A DNA stretch of 63,438 nt, the filler included, from Octopus bimaculoides (lineage: Eukaryota), in assembly GCF_001194135.2 (NCBI RefSeq). It is 5 parts of 4 records of this genome, joined end to end, with 100 filler letters (N's around TTAATTAATTAA, not from the genome) between each part and the next. Parts side by side here need not be neighbours in the genome. Positions count along the whole stretch, not along the records: positions 44,475 to 53,022 come from NC_068990.1; positions 53,123 to 63,438 come from NC_069000.1; 3 more parts are not named here. One strand, written 5' to 3'. Positions 51,552 to 63,438 of this stretch are shown here, in pieces. The notes beneath the pieces are model-generated. The model made no database searches, was not told where the DNA came from, and saw nothing but the letters and a program-made list of their open reading frames with translations. Numbering within the stretch: position 1 is the first letter of the stretch; each line of letters opens with the position of its first letter. A program made the position numbers and the translations under genes.

Positions 51552-52449
51552 NNNNNNNNNNNNNNNNNNNNNNNNNNNNNNNNNNNNNNNNNNNNNNNNN
51601 NNNNNNNNNNNNNNNNNNNNNNNNNNNNNNNNNNNNNNNNNNNNNNNNNNNNNNNNNNNNNNNNNNNNNNNNNNNNNNNNNNNNNNNNNNNNNNNNNNNN
51701 NNNNNNNNNNNNNNNNNNNNNNNNNNNNNNNNNNNNNNNNNNNNNNNNNNNNNNNNNNNNNNNNNNNNNNNNNNNNNNNNNNNNNNNNNNNNNNNNNNNN
51801 NNNNNNNNNNNNNNNNNNNNNNNNNNNNNNNNNNNNNNNNNNNNNNNNNNNNNNNNNNNNNNNNNNNNNNNNNNNNNNNNNNNNNNNNNNNNNNNNNNNN
51901 NNNNNNNNNNNNNNNNNNNNNNNNNNNNNNNNNNNNNNNNNNNNNNNNNNNNNNNNNNNNNNNNNNNNNNNNNNNNNNNNNNNNNNNNNNNNNNNNNNNN
52001 NNNNNNNNNNNNNNNNNNNNNNNNNNNNNNNNNNNNNNNNNNNNNNNNNNNNNNNNNNNNNNNNNNNNNNNNNNNNNNNNNNNNNNNNNNNNNNNNNNNN
52101 NNNNNNNNNNNNNNNNNNNNNNNNNNNNNNNNNNNNNNNNNNNNNNNNNNNNNNNNNNNNNNNNNNNNNNNNNNNNNNNNNNNNNNNNNNNNNNNNNNNN
52201 NNNNNNNNNNNNNNNNNNNNNNNNNNNNNNNNNNNNNNNNNNNNNNNNNNNNNNNNNNNNNNNNNNNNNNNNNNNNNNNNNNNNNNNNNNNNNNNNNNNN
52301 NNNNNNNNNNNNNNNNNNNNNNNNNNNNNNNNNNNNNNNNNNNNNNNNNNNNNNNNNNNNNNNNNNNNNNNNNNNNNNNNNNNNNNNNNNNNNNNNNNNN
52401 NNNNNNNNNNNNNNNNNNNNNNNNNNNNNNNNNNNNNNNNNNNNNNNNN

Positions 52450-52482
<33 letters not shown>

Positions 52483-52983
52483 GAGAAAGAAACTCCAGCT
52501 GGAAGAAGACAAACAGACAGACACAAAGCCAATGAGAAGCAAAGCAGGTAGGCTGGTCGGCTGTTTTGCAGGTAGGCTGGCTGGTAGGTCGACTGGTAGT
52601 AGGAAATATATCGACAAGAACGAAGGAGAAGAATATTGAAAAACCTGTGCGGTAAATGACGTCATCAGCCAGTGCAACGACCGGCTGGTTTAGCACGAAT
52701 TATTAATGTATGTCAAATATATTATTGTAAACATACAACACACACGTGTGGGTGTTTCTCGGAGTGAGTGGAAGACTCATGAACTTACATATAGATTCAT
52801 CGAAGCAGTTGAACATTGAAGCACCTACACACACACACACGCACCGCCGCCACTACCACCACCACACATTTATATTATACAATATTATAACATAATGATA
52901 AAATATATGTATGTATAATATATGCCATAAATTATCTATATATATTACATGTATACACATGATATATATAATACACGTATATT

Positions 52984-53022
<39 letters not shown>

Positions 53023-53122
53023 NNNNNNNNNNNNNNNNNNNNNNNNNNNNNNNNNNNNNNNNNNNNTTAATTAATTAANNNNNNNNNNNNNNNNNNNNNN
53101 NNNNNNNNNNNNNNNNNNNNNN
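53023..53122. other. Artificial scaffold join N44-TTAATTAATTAA-N44
   Basis: Same 100-bp structure; the Gypsy RT is cut exactly here. Confidence 0.95.
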
Positions 53123-55288
53123 TTGTCGCTTAGACGTGTGAGCAGACACTTTAGGTTGTTTAGGTGACTGTTTGCATCTTTCCCACTGACGAGCATGTCG
53201 TCCTGGAAGACGGCCACTCCAGGTAGATCATGGGTCAGGTTTTCCATGATCTCCTGAAAGTAACCAGGTGCTGACTTGATTCCAAAAGGGAGTCGTTGCT
53301 GCAGGAGTACTCCACGGTGAGTGCTGAGTGCGAGTCTGTGTTGACTTTCTGGAGCCAGCTTGATCTGATTATAGGCATCAGCAAGGTCAATCTTTGTATA
53401 TCCGAATCCACCTCCGAGTTTCTGCATCAGTTCAACAGGGAGTGGCATTAGATGACGGTGATCTGCAAGTTGGTCATTAATTCCCACAGAGTAGTAACCA
53501 CAAATCCGTAGTTTGGGATTCAGGTTGCTTGAAGCGTGTGCTTTACGAATCGGTACTACTGGCGTTCCGTATTCATTGAACTGGACTGGCTTTTAGATTC
53601 CCTTGGCGATGCCTTCTTCGTAACCTTTGGCCAGGTCATCACGAAGAGCAAACGGGACAGGGCGTGCCTTGTGAAAGACTGGTGTAGCGTCCCATTTGAA
53701 TTTCACTTCCAGTTCAAAGTTCTTGAGACATCTCAATTCTTGCTTGAAAAGATCTGGGAATTCATCACACATGTTGTGACAATCTTGTTGCAGGGAAACA
53801 TAGGGCTCACTTGAGGTCTTTGGATATATCACTTCTGCACCTTCCCACTTGGCTTGGCTGTCTATGCTTTTCAAACCTAGAGCAGTGTCCATGGAAATTC
53901 CCAGAGTCTGGATAGCATTTCGTCCCAGCAAATTAAGATCAGAGATCTTGGTGACGATGTATGGTATTAGATTCTGCTTACCGGTTGTTGGATCCTTGGT
54001 TTGGCCCATGAAAGTTCCCAGAACAGGCAGGTCGTGCTTGNNNNNNNNNNNNNNNNNNNNNNNNNNNNNNNNNNNNNNNNNNNNNNNNNNNNNNNNNNNN
54101 NNNNNNNNNNNNNNNNNNNNNNNNNNNNNNNNNNNNNNNNNNNNNNNNNNNNNNNNNNNNNNNNNNNNNNNNNNNNNNNNNNNNNNNNNNNNNNNNNNNN
54201 NNNNNNNNNNNNNNNNNNNNNNNNNNNNNNNNNNNNNNNNNNNNNNNNNNNNNNNNNNNNNNNNNNNNNNNNNNNNNNNNNNNNNNNNNNNNNNNNNNNN
54301 NNNNNNNNNNNNNNNNNNNNNNNNNNNNNNNNNNNNNNNNNNNNNNNNNNNNNNNNNNNNNNNNNNNNNNNNNNNNNNNNNNNNNNNNNNNNNNNNNNNN
54401 NNNNNNNNNNNNNNNNNNNNNNNNNNNNNNNNNNNNNNNNNNNNNNNNNNNNNNNNNNNNNNNNNNNNNNNNNNNNNNNNNNNNNNNNNNNNNNNNNNNN
54501 NNNNNNNNNNNNNNNNNNNNNNNNNNNNNNNNNNNNNNNNNNNNNNNNNNNNNNNNNNNNNNNNNNNNNNNNNNNNNNNNNNNNNNNNNNNNNNNNNNNN
54601 NNNNNNNNNNNNNNNNNNNNNNNNNNNNNNNNNNNNNNNNNNNNNNNNNNNNNNNNNNNNNNNNNNNNNNNNNNNNNNNNNNNNNNNNNNNNNNNNNNNN
54701 NNNNNNNNNNNNNNNNNNNNNNNNNNNNNNNNNNNNNNNNNNNNNNNNNNNNNNNNNNNNNNNNNNNNNNNNNNNNNNNNNNNNNNNNNNNNNNNNNNNN
54801 NNNNNNNNNNNNNNNNNNNNNNNNNNNNNNNNNNNNNNNNNNNNNNNNNNNNNNNNNNNNNNNNNNNNNNNNNNNNNNNNNNNNNNNNNNNNNNNNNNNN
54901 NNNNNNNNNNGAGTAGCCAGATTAGCAAGTTGCTTGTAAATAGTAGCGGTCTGATTGGTCAGGAACACTTGTGCCATGCGTTGTTCAGGTACAGCATTAG
55001 CAGCCACAAACGTGCGGAATCTTGACCAGTAATCAGGCCATAGTTCTGTCGTTGAATCAAATGCAGCAAATGGTGGAATCGACACTGTCGTCGAAGCAGC
55101 TGAAAAATAGCCACTGGAATCGCCTTCAACTTGTCGGGCACCAAACAGTTTTAACAGAGTGTCCATATCTCTCTTATGTTGCTGCATTTGCTGTTCCATT
55201 TGTTCCCTAAATAACTTTATCAGCTCTACTGTCTGTTTTTTCCGCCATGTTATTAAGATGAACAATTTTACGGCAAAGTATGCATGTA

Positions 55289-55306
55289 ATCCTATCGGCG
55301 ATGCCA
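55289..55306 (-). promoter_or_regulatory. Primer-binding site TGGCATCGCCGATAGGAT
   Basis: Lies 8 nt inside the LTR end. Its complement ATCCTATCGGCGATGCCA has tRNA 3'-end geometry (T-loop AT, 5-nt T-stem, 7-nt acceptor strand, G, CCA). Confidence 0.75.
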
Positions 55307-55314
55307 CTAAACTC

Positions 55315-55579
55315 TGTTGTATTCCTCTCGGGGACTCGCAGAGAAAACACGAGTTGTACTATTTAGTTATTACATTTATTTATTAACTATAAACAAAGAA
55401 CTCACTCACCAAATTGTTAGTTATCAAGAAACAAGAATGTTGTCCTCGTCATATATATCCCAATAACATTCAACCTCGACAGTCACTCAAAACACCAACG
55501 AAACAGGGACCTCAGACGAATTATATTGAAATATGGGACTTCAGACGAACAACAAACAAATCTAACAGTCCATATAACA
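55315..55579 (-). mobile_element. 5' LTR of the Gypsy element (265 bp)
   Basis: Minus strand begins TGTTATATG and ends ACAACA; contains a TATA-like ggatatatatg and AATAAA; lies just upstream of the PBS. Confidence 0.8.
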
Positions 55580-56555
55580 GTTGGGTTGTAGTTGTTATTT
55601 TGACTAAGGACGGCCCTGTCGAACCATTACTATACCATCTTTTAAGAAAGATCTAGGACTTCATTACCTCATGTATCCTTCCTATATTAAAACAGTGGTG
55701 TGTGGTTTTGAGGGAGATTAAGTTGCTATTTCAAGCAGATTGAATGACTTCATAGAGGTTCTGCTAGGTAATGTTATAAGGTAGGATAAACAGAGTAGGA
55801 CATGAATTGTCAAGCAGTAAAAGATGTCATATCTGATACAAGTCAGCTCTGCTAAATGGTCAGTATTTAAAATCCTGTCATAAACATATGGCAGTTTGTA
55901 AATATGTGCTGAAAGGCACATCATCAGAATCACCTTGCCTTTTTTTTCTAGATATAGTTTATCTAGGATTCAATTTGTTGTTCCTTTTTTATGACAGTAG
56001 GGTGTTATTTAAGGATATTTAGCTACCATATCCAACAGTTCAAGTTACATTGCTTTTGGTGACTTTATGTATGTAAAATATAATGTAGAGTGAAAATAGT
56101 GATTCTAATTATTATTTATGGATCCTGGATTAGTCTGGATTAAGCAGACCTATGACTGAAGATGTTTCACTTATAACCATCCCATCTTTTATTTAGGCAT
56201 AATGTATCCAGAATAATATTATCCAATCTTTCTTTTAGTTTTTTAAGACAGTAGGATATGGTTTAAGGGAGATACTTGTTATTTCTAGCAGATCAAGTGA
56301 TTATATAGAGGCTTCTTCATTGGCTTGATCAGATGTATTGTTTTATGACATTGTATGGCATAACTTTGTAAAAGAATGGCATTTAGTTTGGCATTATCTT
56401 GAGTATTATTATTATTTGCTGCAGAATAGATTAGATGTATTTTTGAACACACTCCATAAGTTTTGTTTAAAATCATTGTTTACACCAGTTTGGTGTCACG
56501 TTTTTGGTGTCAAAGAAAAAAAGAAATAGCTGTGTATGTGTGTGTGTGTGTGTGT

Positions 56556-56607
<52 letters not shown>

Positions 56608-56654
56608 AGAGAGAGAGTATTAAAGAAACAAAAAGAAAGCAAACCACAACTTAC

Positions 56655-56771
56655 CACATTAAAAATGGTTGTTAATGATCTGCCAATATAATAAAATGCA
56701 ACATCAACGTACTTCAAACAAAGATTGTTAAATGAAATCATGAGAACAAATATTATTGACAATGGTAGAGT
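56655..56771 (-). CDS. SLC35C1: Internal coding exon of GDP-fucose transporter 1 (SLC35C1/FUCT1 family), 39 codons, phase 0-0
   Basis: Translates [39 protein letters not shown], matching the family signature [26 protein letters not shown] (recalled from the human protein). Acceptor tcttttttattttcag| and donor GTG|gtaagt are canonical; length is 117 nt with no stops. Confidence 0.93.
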
Positions 56772-57309
56772 CTGAAAATAAAAAAGATACATACATATAT
56801 TTACATATCTATATATATAAGTACAAAATAATGAAAGTGAAAAAGAGAGAAGTAGACAAAAAATAAAAGGTAGAAAAGAGATACAAAATAAAAGATATTA
56901 ATCTGGCAGCAATAAATTGCTGGTTAATTTACACTTGTTTTACATTCAATTTTGTTTTGCTTTACACTCATATTCTCTGTTAGTATGGGCTTAATGAATA
57001 AATATTATTAAGGCATTGCTTCACAACTGGATGCCCTTCCTGTCACTATCCCCAATCCATTTTTCAAGCAAAGGATTTTGTTTTACACTCACCTTAGAAA
57101 GTGCAGTTGATGCAGTTTGTTGACAAGGAATGCCAACAAATTGTATCAACTGCATCAGCATTTGTAGCCCAGTGCCTTTTCTTTGAAATGCAGAATGTAT
57201 ACATTAATGCAAACAAAAACACATATTTTATAATGCATGCGTGTATGAGGATAGTGTATCCTCAAGGATTCCTACCACTCATAACACACATTCACTCAGA
57301 TTAACTTCT

Positions 57310-57950
57310 ATTGCCAACTAATGCTTCCTCTTACCTTTATCTCACTACCTGTCCTTACACCTCTAGGATATCTTCTAGTTCTTCTTTTCCTTGATACATT
57401 CACTCACTGTTCCTTCTCTCCCCCACTCTCTCTTATTCTCCTCCCATCTTCTCCACTGCCTCCCCATTTAAGATGTTTTCACAGCTTTCACACTCTGCTC
57501 TTCCTCCAACCTCTGTGGTATCCTCCAATATCTTCTTTTTCCTCTCCTTCTGCGTTCTTTTCTATCACTGCCTCTCTCACCCCATACAGCTTCTTTGCCT
57601 CCTCAAAACTCCTTCCTTTCCCCCCCCCCCCTGACCCCTACTCACACTTCTCTCTCATTCAATAACTGTCAGGATTTCTCTCCACCCTAGCCTACTGCTC
57701 CCTCACTACCCCACTTTCTGCACACTTGTCCAAACTCAGCCCTTATAATGTTGAATAACCCTAATCCCCTTCCTTATACAACCTACCCTTCAACTCTATT
57801 CCTCTTTTTTCTCAACCTACTACTTATGCCCTTCCTCTATCCTGTTTCCTGTTATATACCTCAATCTTCCCACTATTCCTCATCCCTCTGTCTCAAATTA
57901 TTGCCCACCCTTTCTTTTGCTTTCCTTCAGTTACAAGGACCATTTTAGGT
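57310..57950. repeat. Pyrimidine-rich low-complexity tract
   Basis: Strong C/T strand bias with no recognisable protein; origin unresolved. Confidence 0.6.
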
Positions 57951-58800
57951 TCTTAGCCTTGCAAGTGATGGGGTGATCATCATTAGTGCTGCTGCTATGA
58001 AAAAAGCAACCAACATACTCTGTAAAGTGGTTGACAACAGGAAGGGCAACAAGCCATTGAAACAATACCAAAGTAGACATTGGTGCTAAATGCATTCCTC
58101 CTCTTCGTCAGACCCTGTCAAACTGTACGACCCACACCAGCATAGAAGACAGACATAAAATGAAGATGATGGACTTTCATACAATTTCCTGCAACCAAAT
58201 TCATTATGAGGCCTAGTGTTAGAATAGAAGATACTTGTCCAAAGTGCCATGCATTCAAACTGAACCCGAAACCACATGTAGAGAAATAAACTTCCTAATT
58301 ACACAGCCATACCAGTACCTGCTATGTCTGCAAACAGACCAAACAATATTAATAATTACTATTTCAAAAATGCATACTTATGTATCTATCCATTCACCAT
58401 CACCATCATTATCATTTACAACTACTTCCCATGCTGGCATGGGCTGGATGGGTTACTTCTACCTCTTGGAATAGTTGGGGTGGGTTGTACACATCTTGCT
58501 TTTGAGTTTCATTTTGTTCTACAGCCAGATATCTTTGCTAAACATCAATCAATCACTTTATAATGTATAGGATGCATTTTATCTGTGTCACTGTATAAGT
58601 AGAGTGCTTGGGGTGCAGGCAGATCTGATGAGGTCCCTCAAGATAGTGAGAGAGTTCTAGGGTGATGTAGATGAAAGAAAGAGGAGTGGAGTGTTGGAGA
58701 AGGATGTCATGTGACATCCCAAGTTCTGAGAACTAGTATTATGCCTGTGTGTGTGTGTGTGTGTGTGTAGGTGAGTGTTTACTTACGTGTGTGCATTCTG

Positions 58801-58832
<32 letters not shown>

Positions 58833-59371
58833 ATATGGTGGTGTGGTGAAGCTGTCATTTTTTAATGGGTAAGTGGTGTAACCAACTACTTTTTTTTAAT
58901 ATGTAAGTGCGTGTATGTTTGCATATGCTCCTGTGTATGTATGCGAGCGCATGTGCATGCCTGTTTGTGAGTTTGTGTGTGGATGTGTGTGAGTGTGTGT
59001 GGTAGAGTGTTCTTGCATGTGTGTGTGTTTTTGCGTGCACATGCGTACACATGGATGTGTATGGTTGTGTACTGGAATTGTTCATAATTATATGTATTTA
59101 TTTTTATGGATCTCTGTGTATCCTGCCAGAATTCAAATACTACCCTACACACACACACACACACACATATATATACACCCACACATGCCCTCCCACCTAC
59201 ACACTCATGTATGTATTGCATGGGTAGTGACAGTGGTAGTGTGGTTCTATGTTTTACTATGTATATTTTCAATTTAATATTGGCACATCTATGAGACCAG
59301 ATTCACATACCTTTCATAATTATGAGTCTCTCGGGTGTTTAGACAAAATTTCAGAACTAATTTGATTTAGT

Positions 59372-61790
59372 ATGCTGAAAATATGGAGTTCCTGGTCAGA
59401 ATGGGAGTGGAAGGAGGTTGTTGGAAATGTGCATGCAACAAGAGTTGGTAGTGGGGAATAGTCTTTTTAAAAAATGAGAGAAGAATAAGTTCATGTGGTG
59501 GAGGGAGGAACAATAGTGGATAAGGTCTTGATAGATTATGTACTAATTGATAAGAGAGTGGTAGGAAGGTTGGTGGATGTGCAAGTAATGAGAGGTGAAG
59601 AGAGAGGAGTGTCAGATCACACTTCTTAGTACAAGTTAAGCTGAAGGTATGCTCAAAATGGAGTGCTAGATGAGTGACAGGGAGGAGAGAGGTTGTGAAG
59701 GTGAGTGAACTGAATAGGATAGAGCAGGAGTATGTAGAGAAACTGAAAGGTGAATATGAACAGGTTAAGAAATGGGAGATAGGAGATGTGGAGGAGGAGT
59801 GGGAGGCTTTTAGAGAGGCTGTAATGAGATGTGCTTCTGGGGTATGTGGTACAGGAGTGGTTGGAATAGATGTGAGGAAAGGTAGTGAGTGTGGTGGAAT
59901 GAGGAGGTAAGGGATGCGGTGGCAGAGAAGAAAAGGGTCTTTGAAGATTGGCTGCAGAAAAGGGATGAAGAGGCTTATGATTGCTACAGAGAAGTGAAGA
60001 GGAGAGTAAAGAGAGTGGTGAGGGTGGCAAAATGGGAGGCTAATAAAAGGTTCAGGAAAAAGTTGAATGAAAATTTTGTAAGAAATAAAAAGATGTTTTG
60101 GAAAGCAGTACACAGGGTAAGAAAGGTAGATGGAGGAAGGGTGAAGAATGTAAATGGAAATTTGATGAAAGGAAGTGAGGATGTACAACGGAGATGGGCA
60201 AAGTATTTTAGAGAGCTGCTAAATGTGGATGATGTTAGGGAGGCAAGTATAGTGGCTGTAGGAGGAGAGAAGAGAATGCCTGTTGTTGGGGAATTGAACT
60301 ACGGTGCAACTGGAAGGGAGAAGATAGAAAATCCTTGCAGAAGATGGCAAACTGGAAGGCACCAGATATAGATGGGTGTACAGTGGAATGCCTAAAGAAA
60401 GGAGGAGTGATAGTGATTGAATGGTTAGTGAGGCTTATGAATGTTTGTTATATGGGTGGAAGAGTACTAAAGGACTGGTGCAGTTCTAGTATAGTGTGCC
60501 ACTGTACAAGGGGAAAGGAGATAAATGTGAGTGTGGAAATTTTAGGGGTATAAGTCTGTTGTGTGTGGTTGGTAAACTGAATGGAAGAATTCTGATTGTA
60601 AGGGTGAGGAACCAGACAGAGAGTGTACTAGGGGAGGAGTAGTGTGGTTTTAGGAGTGGAAGGGGGTGTGCAGATCAAATATTTGTAGTAAGGCAGATGT
60701 GTAAGAAGTTTTTGGCAAAAGGGAAGGAGATGTATTGGGCCTTTATGGACATAGAAAAGGCGTATGACTATGTGGATAGAGATGCAATGTGGCAGGTGTT
60801 GGGGTTGTATGGGGTAGATGGTAGACTGTTGAGAGCTGTTTAGAGTTTTTATAGAGAAAGTAGGGCATGTGTTAGGGTGGGTGGTGAAGTAAGTGAGTAG
60901 TCTGATGTGAAGCTGGGGTTGTTTATATTTATATATAGATGATGTGGTGAGAGAGGTAAATGCCAGAACCTTTGATAGGGGAGCCCAAATGGTAGGAGAA
61001 AATGGAGAGAAATGGCAAGTGAATCAGTTGTTGTTTGCTGATGATACAGCACTGGTGGCAGATTCAGAAGAGCAACTGAGGAGACTGGTGGTAGAGTTTG
61101 AAAGAGTGTGTGAGAGGAGGAAACTGAAAGTGAATGTAGCTAAGAGTAAGGTGATGAGATGTTCGAGAGATGGAATGGCTGATAGGATGGATGTGAGTAT
61201 AAATGGTGAGATGTTAGAGGAGGTGAGTGTTTTGAAGTATCTGGGATCATGTGACAGTGGATGGGAGTTGGCTGAGGAAGTGGGATACAGAGTGAAGGAG
61301 GGAAGTAAGATACTTGGAGTTGTGAAAGCTATGCTGAGAGATAAAAGGTTGAGTATGAAAGTGAAAAGAGGTGTGTATGAGGGCATGGTTGTGCCGACAA
61401 TGTTCATGGTGCAGAGACATGGGGGCTGAGAAGGCAAAAAGGAAGCAACTAGATGTGTTTGAGATGAGATGGCTATGGTTGGTGTGACACAGATGACAGG
61501 ATGAGGAATGAGGATGTGCGAAGACAAGCAAGAATGAGAGAAAAACTAACAACCAGAATGGATAGACAAATGTTGAGGTGGTTTGGCCACATGGAAAGGA
61601 TGAATGAGGAGCAGATGGTAAGGAGGGTATGAAGGCAGAAATGGTAGGAAGCAGAACCAGCAGCAGGCCTTGGTTTGTGTGGATGGATGGAGTGGGGAAA
61701 GCTTTGGTGGTTAGAGGTATTGGAGTGAGAGAGGCAAGAGAGTTTATAAATGATGGAAAAGCTTGGAGAGTGTTTGTGGACAGATGAGTG
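59372..61790 (+). mobile_element. Decayed RTE-clade LINE ORF2 (APE C-terminus plus RT), antisense to SLC35C1
   Basis: RRLLEMCMQQELVVGN; LDYVLIDKR..SDHTLLV; WWNEEVRDAVAEKKR; KAPDIDG; FMDIEKAYDYVDRDAMWQVL; QLLFADDTALVADSEEQLRRLV..KLKVNVAKSKVM; LKYLGS. Stops and frameshifts throughout. Confidence 0.92.
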
Positions 61791-62210
61791 AATTTGATGT
61801 TGCTCAAAAGAGTATGGAACCAGCATGATGTGGCAGGGATAAACCAGCATATGCTGTCACACCCCACAGCTGATAATGGAGGTTGCGTTCTATGCCTTAA
61901 CCCAAGCATAGAATGGGGTTCGCCTCTTTGAGGTGGGAAATGAATGGAATGCCTGGTGTGTGTTTTTACAACTCTAATGTTGAGTTTAGCTTTCTTCATA
62001 GCCTTCCAAAGCACGCAGACTAACTCCCCATACAGTGTAGCCTCTACCAACATTACTCCTTGAAATTCTTCTAAGTGATATTTGGATTTATTTGTCATAC
62101 ATGAGATCTTACCTTGAATGTTAATTCTATTTGAATTTATTGGTATCTGATTGCTTGATATAGTTAACTAAGTTCATTTAACACAGTGTGCTTTCTATAT
62201 AATAAAGACA

Positions 62211-62964
62211 GTATGTTCTGCTGGATGTGTAATGTCAGTGTGCATACACTACAGAGTGTAAGCACCCTGAGAGAAAAGTTGGACTTAAGAAACATCAGAT
62301 GTGGTGTGCAAGAGAAATGACTGCACTGGTATGGTCATGTGTTGCGAATGGATAAGGACAGCTGTGTGATAAAACGTTACACCCAAGCAGTTGAAGGAAC
62401 CTGTGGAAGAGGTAGACCCAGGAAGACCTGGGATGAGGTGGTGAAGCACAACCTTCAAACATTGGGCCTCACCAAGGCAATGACTAATGACTGAGACCTT
62501 TGGAGATATGCTGTGCTTGAGAAGATCTGACAAGCCAAGTGAGACCATAACCTGTGGCCTGTGCAAGTGGTGTATAACCAGCCCACTTATGAGTCCCTTC
62601 ATTCATTGGACAATAAACTTTGCTTGCGAAGACCTGTTGAGGCAAGTGAAATCAAAATCGCTGATGTGGCCAATGACAGTACCGCCTGATTGATACTCAT
62701 GCCAGTGGAATGTTAAAAGCACCATCCAAGCATGATCGTTGCCAGAGCTACTAACTAGCTCCCAAGATGGTGGCACATAAAAAGCACCATTTGAGCGTGA
62801 TCGCTGCCAGCATCACCTTACTGGCACATGTACTGGTGGCACATGAAAAACAACATTTGAGCATGATCGTTGCCAGTGCTGCCGGACTGGCTCCTGTGCA
62901 GGTGACACGCAAAAAACCCCTTTTGAGCCTGGTCGTTGCCAGTACTGCCTGACTGGCCCTCGTG
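62211..62964 (+). mobile_element. Second RTE-family LINE 3' end with tandemly repeated 3' UTR
   Basis: WMCNVSVH..LREKLDLRNIRCGVQE..WYGHVLRMD..GRGRPRKTWDEVV; the UTR carries four spaced copies (~62-66 bp apart) of gagcrtgatcgttgccag. Confidence 0.8.
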
Positions 62965-63102
62965 AGTGTATGTGTGTATATGTATGTATATTTATGTTTA
63001 TGTATGTACTTATGTGTATGTGAATATATATGTATGTGTATGAGCATATGTATATATATGAGTGTGTGTTTTATTCTAGATGTGTTAGTATGTTTATGTA
63101 TT

Positions 63103-63133
<31 letters not shown>

Positions 63134-63387
63134 TTATATATATACATTNNNNNNNNNNGTGTGTGTGTGTATATATATATATATATTTATATATATACAT
63201 TTGAGTATATATATGTATATTTTGTGTGTATAGACTAGAGTATACATATGTGTGTATATATTTATATATATATGTATATCTATATAATATGTATATATTT
63301 GGGAGTGTGTGAGAGTGAGTGTATGAGTGTATTTGTATATATATGTATGTTTATGTACGTACATGTGTGTATGTGTATATATATGTT

Positions 63388-63438
<51 letters not shown>
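62965..63438. repeat. Degenerate (TG)/(TA) low-complexity tract
   Basis: Direct reading. Confidence 0.9.

Larger units (their letters stand above)
53123..55579 (-). mobile_element. Ty3/Gypsy LTR retrotransposon (K02A2.6/Mag-like): 5' LTR, PBS, gag, protease region and RT; 3' half missing
   Basis: Gag SIPPFAAFDSTTELWPDYWSRFRTFVAAN; post-protease LLGRNAIQTLGI; RT TKIDLADAYNQI..ALSTHRGVLLQQRLPFGIKSAPGYFQEIM..VAVFQDDMLVSG. One in-frame TAA at 53593-53595. Confidence 0.95.

Noticed and set aside
899-54939. Long ORFs in the track (150-516 aa) containing runs of X
   Set aside because: They are open only because N gaps contain no stop codons; the flanks translate microsatellites.
59367-62098. Long minus-strand ORFs (273, 283 and 167 aa) rich in S/L/P/H/F
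   Set aside because: They are antisense shadows of the purine-rich RTE LINE on the plus strand.
62040-62200. Minus-strand donor-like AG|gtaaga near 62110 as the upstream SLC35C1 exon
   Set aside because: Open frames are short and show no similarity to the expected upstream transporter sequence.

Overview
AT-rich, repeat-dense eukaryotic scaffold with about 9.4 kb of N. The SINE/LINE repertoire and microsatellite load suggest an octopod cephalopod draft assembly (inference). The only host coding sequence I can identify is one 117-nt internal exon of a GDP-fucose transporter (SLC35C1 family) on the minus strand at 56655-56771. I could not find its other exons. The rest is transposon debris and simple or tandem repeats: Tc1, mariner and DD37D/maT remnants, two CR1-like LINEs, two RTE LINE pieces, three RLE-type (R4/Dong-like) LINE 3' ends in microsatellites, a Penelope-like GIY-YIG remnant, a Ty3/Gypsy element with intact 5' LTR and PBS, and many tRNA-derived SINEs. 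Four identical N44-TTAATTAATTAA-N44 spacers split the window into five artificially joined blocks, so long-range contiguity is not guaranteed. I found no supportable novel multi-gene system. The most unusual structures are a GAA/TTC-flanked foldback beside a near-perfect hairpin (2.7-3.2 kb), microsatellite-associated RLE LINEs, and a 141-bp higher-order tandem repeat.
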